Positions 1-13,639 of a stretch of 64,000 bases of DNA are shown here, in pieces; the stretch's first letter is position 1, and each line of letters begins with the position of its first letter. The stretch covers positions 4,836,001 to 4,900,000 of the forward strand of contig OX597817.1 of the NCBI GenBank assembly GCA_951406725.2, written 5' to 3'. Made by a program: the position numbers and the translations under genes. The stretch is from Octopus vulgaris. Taxonomy: Eukaryota. The notes under the pieces were generated by a model. The model did not search any database. It saw only the letters and a list, made by a program, of their open reading frames with translations, and was not told the DNA's origin.

Positions 1-454
1 CTATCATTCAACTACAGTTGTAGTTCAATAATGTTCTTAAGGCCACAATTTAATCACACGCAGCATCTTTCAGAGCTTGTCGCTAATCCAGTTAACATTT
101 GTGAAGAACACTGCTCCCTAGCTAGATTTTGGCATTAAAAATTTACATCAAAATTTGTAGCAATCTTATATGAGTGTAAGTAACGCCAACAATCAAGTTT
201 AGATCTAAATAACATTTTTATTTTAAAAGCAAAACATTTTAACCTTAGCTTCAATGATAGAGGAAAGCATCACGAATTTCATAGTTTTGTTCCCACGCAA
301 CAAAATTTTATATCAGGTGTAATAAGCTGTCCTGAACTTTTCCAAGTATAATAACTTATCCTTTAATTTTCCAGGTTTACAATCCTAAGAATATTATTTC
401 TCTTGCTCACATTTCTCCATGCAATACACATATTGCTTATTTATTACACGTGTG

Positions 455-599
455 TATGCTCATATGTATGTATACATGCACACACACATACGCACATACT
501 TACTCACACACATGCATGTATATATATATGTTTGTGTGTGTGTGTTTATATTATATAATATATATGTATATATATATACGTATATATATATATATATAC

Positions 600-636
<37 letters not shown>

Positions 637-725
637 TATGCATATATATATACGTATATATTACGTTTTTGTATAAACCCACACACACATATATATAGAG
701 AGAGATATTTATACAAACACACATA
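455..725. repeat. Compound (CA)n/(TG)n/(TA)n microsatellite
   Basis: Dinucleotide runs read directly; they explain ORFs 419-740. Similar tracts occur throughout (e.g. 4735-5145, 5390-5570, 6650-6965, 48120-48335, 49440-49620, 61140-61580, 63590-63835). Confidence 0.95.
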
Positions 726-1489
726 TAGTTTTTTGTTCATTCTTATCTTCTGACATACACATGTATACCTAACTAACTACGTACATATTGAACAAAAAGT
801 AAAAACAAAGAGGTATTGTGTATTATACTATAATAACAGATAGCGGATGACATTTTACCAGTTATACGTGTAATTCTGTGTGGGCGTGTATAAGAAATAT
901 TAATCTATATTCGTATTTCAAATACAATTAAGATTTAAAATCTCTGTGTTTGACAGTTGTTTTTTTAATGTTTGTTTTCTAAAAATAACCCTCCACCCAA
1001 TATATCAATCGCTATACATCTCTTAATGTTGTGCCTGAAATATAATAGTCCATAGTATTTTATATATACTGGTTGAACAAAAATTTTACTTACACAGAAT
1101 TTAGCGTAACTATATGCCAAATTAAACGCGTAGCAAATAAAAACTAATATATTTTGTTACATTTCTCTAAATATAATTTTCAAATGATGGTCTTTAATCA
1201 ACTAAGTATACAAATATGAAGTTAACTATTTCACTTTCACCTTCGTTTATCGATTATATTCTTTCTTGTTTCATACTGCGTTCCCAGCCTGTATACAGGA
1301 ATTGGTTGTGTCGAAATTCATTTAATGTGAACGCAGGGTTCATTTATATTTTCAAATATATTTAAGTATTATTGACAGGGAACTGGAATTCTATTTTATG
1401 CTTGTTTTGAGTCTCCTATTGTAATCCAGAAATATTTCAATATATGATCTCTATTTTCTCAACATCTATGAGTGTGTGTACCTACGTAT

Positions 1490-1752
1490 ACTCACGCCTT
1501 TGAGAGAGACCTTGAGACTATCCTTGTAGCGCTTCTTCTGCCCTCCGACTTTGCGCCTGCCCTGGCCGAGTTCACCGTAGAAGAGCTGTTTTGGGATGCG
1601 AGTGTCGGACATGCGGGAGACGTGGCCCACCTATCTCAGCTGGGCCTTGCGCATGATTGTGATGGTGCTAGGGAGATCTGCCTGCCTCAGAACTTCCGTG
1701 TCTTGGACTTTGTCCTGCCAGCGGATGTGAAGGAGGTTCCGAAACACCTAAA
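1490..1752 (-). mobile_element. RTE-clade LINE, C-terminal ORF fragment
   Basis: Manual minus-strand translation gives [74 protein letters not shown], the RTE post-RT motif (LRW.GHV.RM...R.PK..YGEL..G.R..G.QKKR.KD.LK). One in-frame stop; GC-rich island. Confidence 0.85.
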
Positions 1753-2899
1753 GTGACCACTACAAGAGAGCATCTTACTACATCCACGACAAAGCTTTAT
1801 TTGTGTTACTAAAGCTCCAAAAAGTAATTGCTATGTTGATTATCAATAAACGTACGTATATTGGTACATCTATCTATCTATATGTGTTGAGGGGGGGCAT
1901 GTGTTCTGTGAGGACAAGTGAAATATTGGAATCGCGTAAAAACTTTATTTATCTGACTTTTACAATGCTGAATGACACTAGTTCATTGATTTTGTTATTT
2001 TATATTACAGTTAAACCAAATCACGACTATATTTTCGATGGTTGATAAAATAACGATTTATGAGAAGCATATATATACTTAATGAAGATCATTAAAGATG
2101 CGAATAAACGACTTTGTTTGAGATTTAAATCTGTTGTGTCAACTCGATTCCCAAATAATTTGCACTTTCCTTGACAGACATTACATTCGTATATAAAATT
2201 ATGTAAGGAAACATTCTTTATTACATTTATCATTTCTTTTCATGTTATTGAATAATCATAATATAAAGAATTTCTACTACGCTCATTCTGCTGATGCCAT
2301 TTACAGAAGTTCATTCTGAACCAGAGAGAAATACATCAGGGCTTTACAATCTTAAATATTCGTCGTGATACACAAGCGCTTTAAAGGTTTCTCATGAAAA
2401 ACACCAGTGAATAAAAAACCGGATTAAGTTCCTATAGATAGTATTGCTGGTAGAATGTAACATTGTAAAGAGTGCCGATAAAATACTGATACGCTGCCAT
2501 ATGTAAATTTTATCATGAATTTTATCTAGCCACATAAAGATAACTGTAGAAAAATCTAGCGAAATCGAGAAAAAATTTACATATTCTTGGGAATTGATTA
2601 AAACCAATACTTTGAGGTTTTGGGTAACATTCTACAAATGATTGATAAATATAAATTACTATGTTCTTAATCTGTACCAAATTGGGCTTCAACAGTTAAG
2701 AATATATGGCCTATGGTTTACTAAGTGGCCTCCTTCAAAGCTACATATATTGTATTCTAGAATTAATAACGCTGCTATGGTTGATAAGATTTAATCCTAC
2801 GTTGTGATGATTCTCGTAGTTATTCTGACCGGGTTCTTTAAGACTTGTGAAAGGAACGGAAGTGAATGCAAATTTTGTGCTTGAAAATCTAGATGGAAC

Positions 2900-4005
2900 A
2901 TGGATATTTTTCCAAGGAGAGTTATGATTTGGTTAGAGGAAAAAGATAAATATTTAGTATGTTGTGTAAAGGAAAATCGTTTTTATTATTCATATCAGAA
3001 AGAAGAATAGAGATCTGTTACAGAAAATGGTAACGCATCCACTTCTTTACGGAGAGGCTACCATATTTCTGTATTAATATTGAGGATTTATTTCGCTGTT
3101 TCTTTCAAGAACACGTTCATTGATTTCTCTTAGAGAAGCCTCAAGGCAAGTAGTACTGTACAAGCATCAATAAGCAGCGAATCATTCCTATAGGATATTC
3201 TGAGTGCATGAACGAATGTTATGAGGACATACTCGTAGTCTACGATGCCGTAACGTACACAGATTACAAGTGTAAATTGTATGGAGACTTGAAGGTGATT
3301 ATATGTTGATGGGAATGCATTCATGATTCACGAAATATTGTTGCTTTTATTCATATGGAACAGTTGGACAACTGCCAAGTATTTTGTGTCATTAGAGTGA
3401 CCTTATCACAATCATACGAGCCTGGATTTCTAGCGTTCAGAGTAAGCAACATGCAAATCCAGAACCTTCTTTCCTCCCCTCCAATTTGTGAAAATACTTG
3501 CCAGGAAAATTTCAGAAGGTATCGAATATATGAAGGCTATGTTTCCAAAAATCTCCGAGGCAAAGTTCGAAGAAGACCTATTCGTAGGGCCGCAATCAAA
3601 AGGACTCTTGAAGGACAGCTTATCTACATCACTGCATGAGACCTATTTTAAACTTGGAAATACTTTGAATGGCTCTGCCAAAAATTCCGAATGACAAAAG
3701 ACCTCCAGAGTTTAGAAATGGAAACCAATGTCTCCTAAACTTTTATGGCGCAATGGACGCTCGCATTTCACTGAAAATCCATTTTCTTGATTCACATTTG
3801 GACTTTTTTTGAAGAGAACCATAGATCAGTATCTCAGGAGAAATGGAAGGGCTTTCATGATATATCATCAATGAAGCAACAATATCAAGAATTTTGGTAT
3901 GAAAGGATGTTAACTGCTTACAATTGGATGTTATACAAGAATAAACCTGAGATAAAGCATCATAGAAACTCTAAAACCCAAAGAATTTTATATGTAGTTC
4001 ACTGA
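2900..4005 (+). mobile_element. Degenerate DNA-transposon transposase, probably Chapaev3 (CMC) type
   Basis: Collinear frameshifted motifs: FIDFS*RSLKA, IPIGYSECMNECYE, GDLKV..MLMGM..FTKYCC, FPKISEAKFEEDLFVGPQ, LKIHFLDSHLDFFEEN..SVSQE..KGFH, YQEFWYERMLTAYNWML. The family assignment is from recalled consensus motifs. Confidence 0.7.
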
Positions 4006-4780
4006 AAAGTATCCTCACATTATTTCGACACAGTGAGTTTCATATTGTACATTGTACAGAAATCTCATGAACGATTTGCATTACGTGACCTGTATGTGAA
4101 AACTACAGGTATCGCTAGCAATGCTATGTACCTTGATAACAATAACTAACTTCAGATCAGTAATCAACATCAGCAATTAATGCAAGAAAGTCGTTTTGCA
4201 AATGTGGTGGTTGGAAAATGTTTCATTGTGTTCACCCGTAATTTTGTTGGTTTTGTTTCCTTAGAAATAGCCAAATGCGGGATTGGGAAGTAGCTAAATA
4301 AATGAAGAAATTGGTAATTTATGTGAATGCATTATCAATCAAATATAAAGTTTATTATAGAAGGTAATTCCAACAGAAGAAGCTAGATTACATCTGCAAT
4401 TCAGCTGACCATTATAAATAGTTAAATTACTCGATGCGGAATCTGAAATGTTGTCTGTCATGATAGATCGTTGAGTTAAGTAATTTTGCTTGATTTCCTG
4501 TACGTAAATGTGTACAGATATTTGAGAAATACATTAGCTAATCCCAGATTACCAGATAAGAAAACAAAGTTTCTTGTAATACATTGAATTTTTCATTAAG
4601 CGTATGCGACACACTCTATTACTGCATGCTGTTTCTTTGCGATATAATTAACTAAACTAAACTCGACATCCGATTTCATCGCTAGGCGTTTTCCTTTTCC
4701 TCCGTATGTAACGAATGAGTATTAAAATATATATACGTACATATGCATACATATATAAACACATACACTCATACACACTT

Positions 4781-4811
<31 letters not shown>

Positions 4812-5039
4812 CAAGCATATTCCAGAGAGGTAGGTGAAGACACAGAGAACATGTATTGACAAAGAGTTCACTTGCCACTTTCCCATGCATTCTCTCAAAT
4901 ATATATGTTCAGCTGTCCTTGCATAAGTCTATGTATATATGTACATAAGCTCACTCCACATGCACTTATATAAGTATGTGTGAATGTATGTATGTATGTA
5001 TGAACGTATGTATATTTATATATACATATACATACATAC

Positions 5040-5146
<107 letters not shown>

Positions 5147-5456
5147 GCAGCCGATGTAAACAGACAAATTTGTTTCCGAAGCGTTGAAATGTATTACAGA
5201 ACAAATAGAATGATAATTTATAAACAACGCGTAGATACTGAACAGTATATATATAAATGATCCTTTTCTTTTTGCTGAGGATTTTTTCTGCTTTTAAAAG
5301 AAAGCAAAAGGATTTAATCCTTTATATATATATTGTTCAGTATCTACGCGTTAATTAAAATTGATCTTACTACTTGTTCTACAATATATATGTGTGTGTG
5401 TGTGTGTGTGTGTATAAACTTACTTGGATGTGTCGCGTTCAATTAAATATGAAGAA

Positions 5457-5492
<36 letters not shown>

Positions 5493-5517
5493 TCTATCTA
5501 TCTATATACATACATAC

Positions 5518-5569
<52 letters not shown>

Positions 5570-5957
5570 TGTCGTGTCTGGGGAGAATCATTTTCTTTTT
5601 GTGCCTTATAATGTAACACACTCACCGGTAAAATTTCCACTTTTTCTTATTTATATTTTCCATCGTGTACGTACGTGATGTATAAAATAATGTGCAACTA
5701 ATGCAACATATTGTACGCCAGATGTACCTTCAGAAATTTGCAAAATTGAAATTAAGCTATATCAGCACCTTAAATCGTCTTCCCTCAAAGCACATCACCA
5801 AAAATGCCAGAAGATTTCCAGGATTCCATTGAAGATACAGAAAGAAACATTGGGAACTTGAGAATAATTCGGTGGAATTGGAACTCAGATGATAGATGAA
5901 ATATCATTTACCATATTCCCGACGTGCATAAAATTCTAACCATGCATTGATTTCAAT

Positions 5958-6387
5958 TTTTGGCACAAGGCCAGCAATTCGGGATTGGGAATAAGACGAT
6001 TACATCGACTCCAGTGTTCAGCAGGTATTTGTTTTATCGAGCCCCGAAATAGTGAAAAGGCAGGTTGACTTCGGCGGAATTTGAACTCAGAACGTAAATA
6101 CTGATGAATTGCCGCTTAGCATTTTTAATGCAGTGCTAATGTTTCTGCTACCCCGCCGCCTTAACCTCACCATATCCTGATTTAAAATGTTGGCACAAAG
6201 CCAGCCATTCTGTGTAGGGAATAAGACGATTTCATCGACCTCAGTGCTCAGCAGGTACTTATATTATCGACCCCAAAATGATGAAAGGCAAAGTCGGTGG
6301 AATTTGAATTCATAACGCAAAGACGGACGAAATGACGCTAAGCATTTTGTCCGGTGCAGTAATTATTCTACTATCTCACCGCCTTAA
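5958..6387 (-). mobile_element. Two tandem copies of tRNA-derived SINE (family A)
   Basis: Copies ~5958-6165 and ~6190-6387 each contain the reverse complement of GTTCTGAGTTCAAATTCCGCC (B-box-like) and the TTTCATC..GGGGTCGATAA..AAGTACC body also seen at 29488-29665. Confidence 0.8.
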
Positions 6388-6647
6388 ACGCACAAAAATA
6401 TTAATAGTTAAGAGCTACACGCGAATGGTTGGTTTCTATAGCGTCGCATATCAGATACACGCACACAAAACAATAGAGAAATCAGCGAATAACAACCTTT
6501 CTGCATAGATTTCTTGAATAAGGGTTCCTAACCCTGGAATATTGAAATTCTAGGTAAAAACTGTCAGCCTGTTGCATTGGCTAGAATTTTAAAATAATAT
6601 AATTAAAACATTTACATATGAGACAATACTTCAGGACAGTTATAGTA

Positions 6648-6701
<54 letters not shown>

Positions 6702-6828
6702 TAAAATTTATAAGTTTAAATTATTCAAATAATTTTTTATTTTTAACTTTTATATTTTTTAATTAATTTTATGTATTGGCTTATGTTTTTCACTCTTTGA
6801 TTTGCCTAATAGTGGTTTTATCTCTAAT

Positions 6829-6900
<72 letters not shown>

Positions 6901-6933
6901 GTGTGCGTGCATATAGGGAGGGAAAGAGTGAAA

Positions 6934-6967
<34 letters not shown>

Positions 6968-8199
6968 TGGATTCCTAAGTGAAATGGAATATCAATCAAA
7001 TAGTGTGAGTGAGAGAAAGAAAGAGAAGGGAAGAGAAAATTTAAGAGAAAAGACAAAAGCAAAACCCGAATTAACATGAATAAATATGAATAGCGAGTAA
7101 GAACTAATGATAAAGTGGGTTAGTTAGTAATTGAATTCCCGTAATTTTGTTAAACGCAGATGCCAGTCAGCAGTCGGTAATCTATTAACACATTAACAAT
7201 GCATGTTTCTTGGATTCCAACATTATTGCTTTGTATTAATACACTACGTTGTGAATGTCACACAGTAAGCGGTAATCTTCGAGCGAGCTGGCACCACAAG
7301 CACAGTTTCAATCACTAGGCGTTTTGATGTAGTCGAATAACGCCCACGTAGATAGTTTGGTGTCATAGATTTGATTTTATTCCGTGTTTATAAATTATCC
7401 TCTGTTGCTAATCGAAAAAAGAAGCTATAATTTTATATATTCTCATCTGCTATTTGAAGTGAAAGGTCAACACAAAACAAATGCAGATTACAAAGTGCTC
7501 TGAGTGTCTACTTGAGGTTGGAGTACATTATCTGACGTCAATAATAACATTAGGAAGACATGAATGTCATATTAGGTTATTTCACATTACTCTAAAATAA
7601 TGATATTTAAGCCTTGTTAGAAACAACCCCCAAAATATTAAATTAAATGAATCTAAGGGAGTAGCAGTGCTGGAGAGAAAACATAAAAGGAAACTTAAAC
7701 CTAAACTAGTTATTTCTTTTTCTTTTAATTTTCAGATAAAAGCAAATTGGAATACATTCGTCAATATTTCAAAAGCTACACTTTTACACTCATTATCGAT
7801 TAAGGTCTTGTACTGCGTCAAACAGTTTGCAGTAGAGTCACATCTGGTTGAGTCACTGCGATGTCCAATCGCCAATCAATATCATGTTATTTTGTTGAGC
7901 ATTAAAATATTTATGCTGTTGTATCTGGTGTATTTAGTTCCGAGTCAGTCCATATTAAGCATCCCAAAAATCAGAATCATTGCCGCTTTCTGCACTCTGT
8001 TTTCTTTTATATATCTAGGGTCAAATTATCCAATATAATCTTCTTGACTAGAATTAAGCGATTCAAAGTAGACCTCACACATGATTCCAGAAAGGTGGGC
8101 AACTGTTCATCCGGCAATATAACTTGTTTTCCTGGAGTTTGTCATTTGGAAATTTTAGACGCTTACACATTTTATTAAATAGACAATACTTAATGTAAA

Positions 8200-8502
8200 G
8201 TGTGGAGGCACATGGCCTAGTGGTTAGAGCAGCGGATTCCCGGTCGAGGGATCACGGGTTCGTATGTCAAACCGGGCGGTGTGTGTGTTTATGAGCAAAA
8301 CATCTAAGCTCCACGTTCCCCGGCAGAAGGTAATGGCGAACTTCTGCTGACTCTTTCCCCACAACTTTCTCTCGCTCTTTGCTCCTTCATTTTGCAGCTC
8401 ACCTGCGACAGACCGGCGTCCCGTCCAGGTGAGGAACCTGTACGCCAAGGAAACTGGGAAACCGGTCCTTTGAGCCAGGCGTGGCTCGCGAAGGAACAAA
8501 CA
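8200..8502 (+). mobile_element. Full-length tRNA-derived SINE (family C) with 12-bp TSD
   Basis: A-box TGGCCTAGTGG and B-box-like GGTTCGTAT; (AAC)-like tail; direct repeat ACTTAATGTAAA at 8188-8199 and 8503-8514. Confidence 0.9.
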
Positions 8503-9417
8503 ACTTAATGTAAAAGTAGGTAATCTTTTGGTTTTGTTTCAAAACCTACCTTTGGGAACCTAGGATAGTCACTTTAAGATAGTTCGGCATATTAAAATTT
8601 CTATACTTCAAAGCCTCTAAATGTAAATACAATAAATTGCATTTTTACTGTAATTTACGTTCTGATATTCCAAAGGTTTCTAATAATGGCGAGGTTCTAT
8701 TTCTTAGTGGCTTTAATGTCTTAGTTTCTTAATTTAATATTTGGTCAGGTGTAACTGGTAAGCACAGTGTAGGCAAGATAAATCGTAATTCACTGCATCT
8801 CATGTCTTTTTCTAATGTATTTAACCTCTCTTGTCACATATACACAGTCCAAACAATCAAATAGGTATAAACAAATTAGATTCGTCTTCTTTCTATGCAC
8901 TTGCATCTAATTTCTCACAAATCAACCATAACTTGACAGAAAGTGATTTCATGAAACTGGTTGGCTGTTATATACACATTCTAATCTGCAAATATGTTTT
9001 GGGAAATATGTTAAGCTTCTAAACTTATAGATGTTGTGTGACAGAAAGCTAAGAATAAAAATCATAAACTCTCGAAATGATATGCAACTTTGGGAAATGT
9101 AAAGAATTGTGAATAAGGTGAAGAATTTTGAAAGTGCAACTTTGAAACTATTTAAATTGCTCCATCAAACGCATCAAGATTAATTTTTAAAAACATTTGA
9201 AATTATGTATCGTATTGATAGGCTAAATACTGCAAACTAACATTAGGTATCTGCAAAAAATGCCTGGTTAAGAAGATTGACCTAGTGATAAACATATCAG
9301 TACAACAGTTTATATTGCGCCCACCAAATAACTAATATTCAATGTATAGCAGATAGTATGTGCATCTATATAGTCTATGAAGCTCTGAAAATTGCGCATT
9401 TCACATATGTATTAAAA

Positions 9418-10075
9418 AAGAGTGTTTATAATTATGAATAAATCATAATTATAACGGTGAGGGTTTCAAAAACCCTTAGATGTTTAGAAAGAGCAGTCAA
9501 AAGCCACTATAAAGCCTCTATTATCACTCATATTATAGCACTTCACAATAAAGCAGTCTGCGAGTGACATGGTTTTTAACATCCACAATTTAAAAATAAA
9601 AGGTTTATTCCCTATTGCAGTTTCGAAGTTAGGAACCTATTATACCATATTATATACCGTATCGTAAAATAACCGATATAAACAATGTAATGGTTCCATT
9701 CCTCTCATCCGGAGAATATTCCAATAGATACAAATTGGAACAAAATCATTCCTTGGGGCCTACAAGTATTCCGACCATCAAGAATAATATGTCAACCACT
9801 ATCTACACATTCCAGTTCGGAATTTCAATATCATGCTCAGCGTTTATCAGAAAAGACCGATAAATGGAGCCACTACAAAATACCGGATATTTTCAAATTG
9901 CGGATGTTTTATGTCATGTCGATTGCAGAGAGCTTTATTGTGAGGAAGTATTATATGAGTGATAATAGGTACTTTATACTGGTTTTTTACTACCATTTCT
10001 AAACATTTCTGAAAAAAGGGGGTTTTGCAACTTCTCAGTTATAATTGTGATTTATTCATAATTTTAAACACTCTT
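9418..10075. mobile_element. Inverted-repeat element, ~180-bp diverged arms
   Basis: 9418-9598 is the approximate reverse complement of 9888-10075 (AAGAGTGTTTATAATTATGAATAAATCA vs TGATTTATTCATAATTTTAAACACTCTT). Confidence 0.75.
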
Positions 10076-10102
10076 CTTGTATTTAATTTATTATTACATT
10101 CC

Positions 10103-10145
<43 letters not shown>

Positions 10146-10150
<5 letters not shown>

Positions 10151-10226
10151 TCTTGATACAACAGAGCCAATCGTCGGCGTTGTAAGTTGATGTCAACAAT
10201 GAAAAATATGATTTTCTCCAGACATG

Positions 10227-10266
<40 letters not shown>

Positions 10267-10291
10267 TAAATATATATATATATACATATAT

Positions 10292-10340
<49 letters not shown>

Positions 10341-10526
10341 TCTTTTACTCTTTTACTTGTTTAAGCCATTTGACTGTGGCCATGCTGGAGCACCGCCTTT
10401 AGTCGAGCAAATCGATTCCAGGACATATTCTTTGTAAGCCTAGTACTTATTCTATCAGTCTCGGAGACGTATACACACCACCATCGGTTGTTAAGCGATG
10501 TTGGGGAGACAAACAGACACACAAAC

Positions 10527-10557
<31 letters not shown>

Positions 10558-10851
10558 CATATATACGACAGGCTTCTTTCAGTTTCCGTCCACCAAATCC
10601 ACTCACAAGGCTTTGGTCGGCCCGAGGCTATAGTAGAAGACACTTGCCCAAGGTGCCACGCAGTAGGACTGAACCCGGAATCATATGGTTCGTAAGCAAG
10701 CTACTTACCACACAGCCCCTCCTACGCCCATAGCCACCCCTATGCCGCCCATTATATATATATATATAAACATGCCTGGAGAAAATCACATTTTTCATTG
10801 TAGACATCAACTTACAACGCCGACGTTTGGCTCTGTTGTATCAAGATATTT
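10146..10851. repeat. ~80-bp inverted repeats enclosing (TA)n and a SINE
   Basis: 10146-10227 vs 10771-10851 are near-perfect reverse complements (AAATATCTTGATACAACAGAGCCAA / TTGGCTCTGTTGTATCAAGATATTT). Confidence 0.85.
10338..10722 (-). mobile_element. tRNA-derived SINE (family B) with internal microsatellite
   Basis: Reverse complement of the 32956-33360 copy (GGCTGTGTGGTAAGTAGCTTG...GGCACCTTGGGCAAGTGTCTTCTACTATAGCC...CAGCATGGCC.CAGTCAAATG). Confidence 0.9.
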
Positions 10852-12286
10852 CGATTTAGAGAAATATCATTGAAATTAATATTTTCGAAAACACATGTTA
10901 AAGCAACGTCGTGTTAATACCTAAAAGTGGTAATACAGAAGAGACAATTGTCGGCTTTGTAAAGTGAAGTCTACAATTAGATGTGATTTTCTATACACGT
11001 ATTGTTGTTGCCTAGTACTCTAAATTTCTCGAAATTCTTCGAAATGATATTTGGATCCCCTTGTCGTGCAAGCGGAATTACATTGGATGTGCATTAAGCA
11101 TGCATCTATTGCTGTCTTATTATAGTTAACAAAAGTCGTTTAAAACCGAGTGCTTTATTGATATCTGTTTGGTTCCTGGCCTCAGATACTCTGATTTGGA
11201 CGAGGTTTAACCTCATAAAACCAAAGGATATATTTTCTGCTCGCCTACATTGTGTGATGGGCGAGTCTGTTTATTATTTGCCTATACATTCGGAACTTTA
11301 CGCATCTGCCGTTGTAGTTATTCCAGAACACTGATGAGGTGAAGTGCAAAATTGCGTAATATATCTCCAAACATCAAGTTATAACTACACCATTTTGTGG
11401 AAATATGTCTATGCCCTATAGAGCATTGAATACCATAGCTGGTATCTTTGAAGGATCGTTATTTCTATTCTTTGGCGCATATTTCGCATAGTTGGCGTTC
11501 CATGACGTATTAAGCCGGATACTGGAGTGGTGTGCAGAATCCTCAACTGAGCCCGAGCTTTGGTTATGTGTTACGCGTAAATTGCCCTTTTTTTATACGT
11601 ATTTAAATGTAGATACATACGTAAACACTAATACAGAAAAATACATGCTTACTACAGTTAATGTTGTTGCATCTGTTTGTGAGTATGGGCGTGCGTTTAA
11701 GTCCGCAAATAACTCATAATTGCAGATGTGAGCAAAAAAAGGTCAGTATTTTGACTCTATTTATTTGTTATTCTTGTACATGAAAGCAAAATTATACAGG
11801 GAAGAAATAACAGCAGCTAACATTGAAAGTGGAAACAATGATGTGAATAAGCAAATACTGAACATAATGAATAAATAAATAAATCCATAAATATTTTGTT
11901 AGTAACATGATGTAAATGTCTTGTGATTAATAATACCCTTAAACTCGGATCGATGTTACAATTTCGCTGATCACTGCAGAATGTTTCTATGAATGTTGAG
12001 AATGATGTTGTTAATGAAACTTACACGCATTATATTTCCATCTAGTTTACCCAATTTCTATCAAAAACAGATTTCCCTTAGGTACTGAGAATACAAAGTG
12101 CGATATATATATATTAAATATATAAATGTGTATATATGCATGAGTGTGTGAGTGTGGCGATAAACCGTCTTTTTTATACACAAACATATACATATACAGA
12201 ATCTTACACTTGCGCTTACGTACACCCGTACACATATTTAACGATGCATATATGTGAGTGTGTGTTTGTGTGTGTGTGTGTTTGTG

Positions 12287-12328
<42 letters not shown>

Positions 12329-12330
12329 TG

Positions 12331-12751
12331 TTTTAAGTATATAATTATAAGAATATAATTATAATTTACGGCGCTGGAATACCATCGCCTAGACATTAGA
12401 AGTAGATGTCAAATTATTTATCTATTCATAACACCAGGTCGAATGCAATGCGAAGTAATGAGCAAGAAGATTAACAAATTTCGTATACTGTAATCCCTGA
12501 AATCTAGCGGCTGCTACGTTCCAAAACCCCACTCGATTTATGAAAATCCACGAAGTAGAACAGGTAATCCTATATCGGATAATCCTATATTATCAGAAAT
12601 TTTGCTCATTACCTCGAATTCGACCTGGGGTTATAAATAGAGAACAAATTTGCAGTGGATTGTAGGTATTTGATATCTACTTCTAACGCATAAGCGCCGA
12701 CATTCCAGCGCCTATTATTATAATTTTGTTTTTATAATTATACACTTAAAA
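12331..12751. mobile_element. Inverted-repeat element, ~135-150-bp diverged arms
   Basis: 12331-12465 vs 12602-12751: TTTTAAGTATATAATTATAA / TTATAATTATACACTTAAAA, CCAGGTCGAAT / ATTCGACCTGG, GTAATGAGCAA / TTGCTCATTAC. Confidence 0.75.
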
Positions 12752-13022
12752 ATTAATTTTACCGATAAAGTCATTTTTTTAGACGCTAGCCACTGATATA
12801 ATTCTTTTTAATGATTATATCCCTTTAAATGGCTTCACAACCTGAGAACATCAGCATCCAAAATAATCTTGAAGCCATCTAATGAGGTCTCTGTTCAGAA
12901 GGCTGTAATATCATTTGATAAAAGAACACGGTACAATGAGTTCATATAACAAGGCTGTTACTTTAAATACCTTTACTCGAGGTCTCAAACATATACAAAT
13001 GAACAATATTCTTTTTTTAAAT

Positions 13023-13432
13023 TCTTTTTACTCGTTTCAGTCATTTGACTGCGGCCATGCTAGAGCACCACCTTTAGTCGAGTAAATCGATCCCAGGACT
13101 TATTCCTTGAAGCCTTGTACTTATTCTAGCGGTCTCTTTTGCCGAACCGCTAAGTTATGGGTACGTAAACACACCAGCATCGGTTGTCAAACGATGTTAG
13201 GGGGGAGGCACAAACACAGACACACAAAGATACACACACACACACACATATATATACATATATACACATATATATGACGGGTTTTTTTTCAGCTTTCGTC
13301 TACGAAACCCACTCGCAAGACTTTGGTCGGCCCGAGGCTATAGTAGAAGACACTTGCCCAAGGTGCCACGCAGTGGGACTGAACCAGGAACCATATGGTT
13401 AGTTAGCAAGCTACTTACCACTCAGTCACTTC
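13023..13432 (-). mobile_element. SINE family B copy
   Basis: Collinear similarity to 10338-10722 and to the reverse complement of 32956-33360. Confidence 0.9.
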
Positions 13433-13639
13433 TGGAAAGAGTTTGATGAATTGAGGCCATGTTCATCTTCTGTGTACTACATGTCTGCTAGCTGGCGTGT
13501 GTTGTAAAAGACCCAACTAGATAATGTCTTTGCTCTCCGACTTCTAAAAGTCAAAAGAGGAAGTCGCAAAACCTAGTGTAAAAATCTCATCGTTGGTTGC
13601 GCCATCTGGCGGGAGCTTGTCTAAACCCGCAGTCAAGGG

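Noticed and set aside
419-740. YI/IY/CV/HT-rich ORFs here and throughout the ORF track
   Set aside because: Translations of (TA)n/(CA)n microsatellites, which lack stop codons in several frames.
1472-1756. Plus-strand 94-aa ORF that looks protein-like
   Set aside because: Antisense shadow of the RTE LINE fragment on the minus strand.
8200-8280. tRNA-like sequences (also 50240-50312, 53620-53693, 60320-60395)
   Set aside because: They are SINE heads continuing into SINE bodies; no complete cloverleaf tRNA gene.
11325-11385. CTGATGAG...CTCCAAAC possible hammerhead
   Set aside because: GAAA is CAAA and stems I and III are not convincing.
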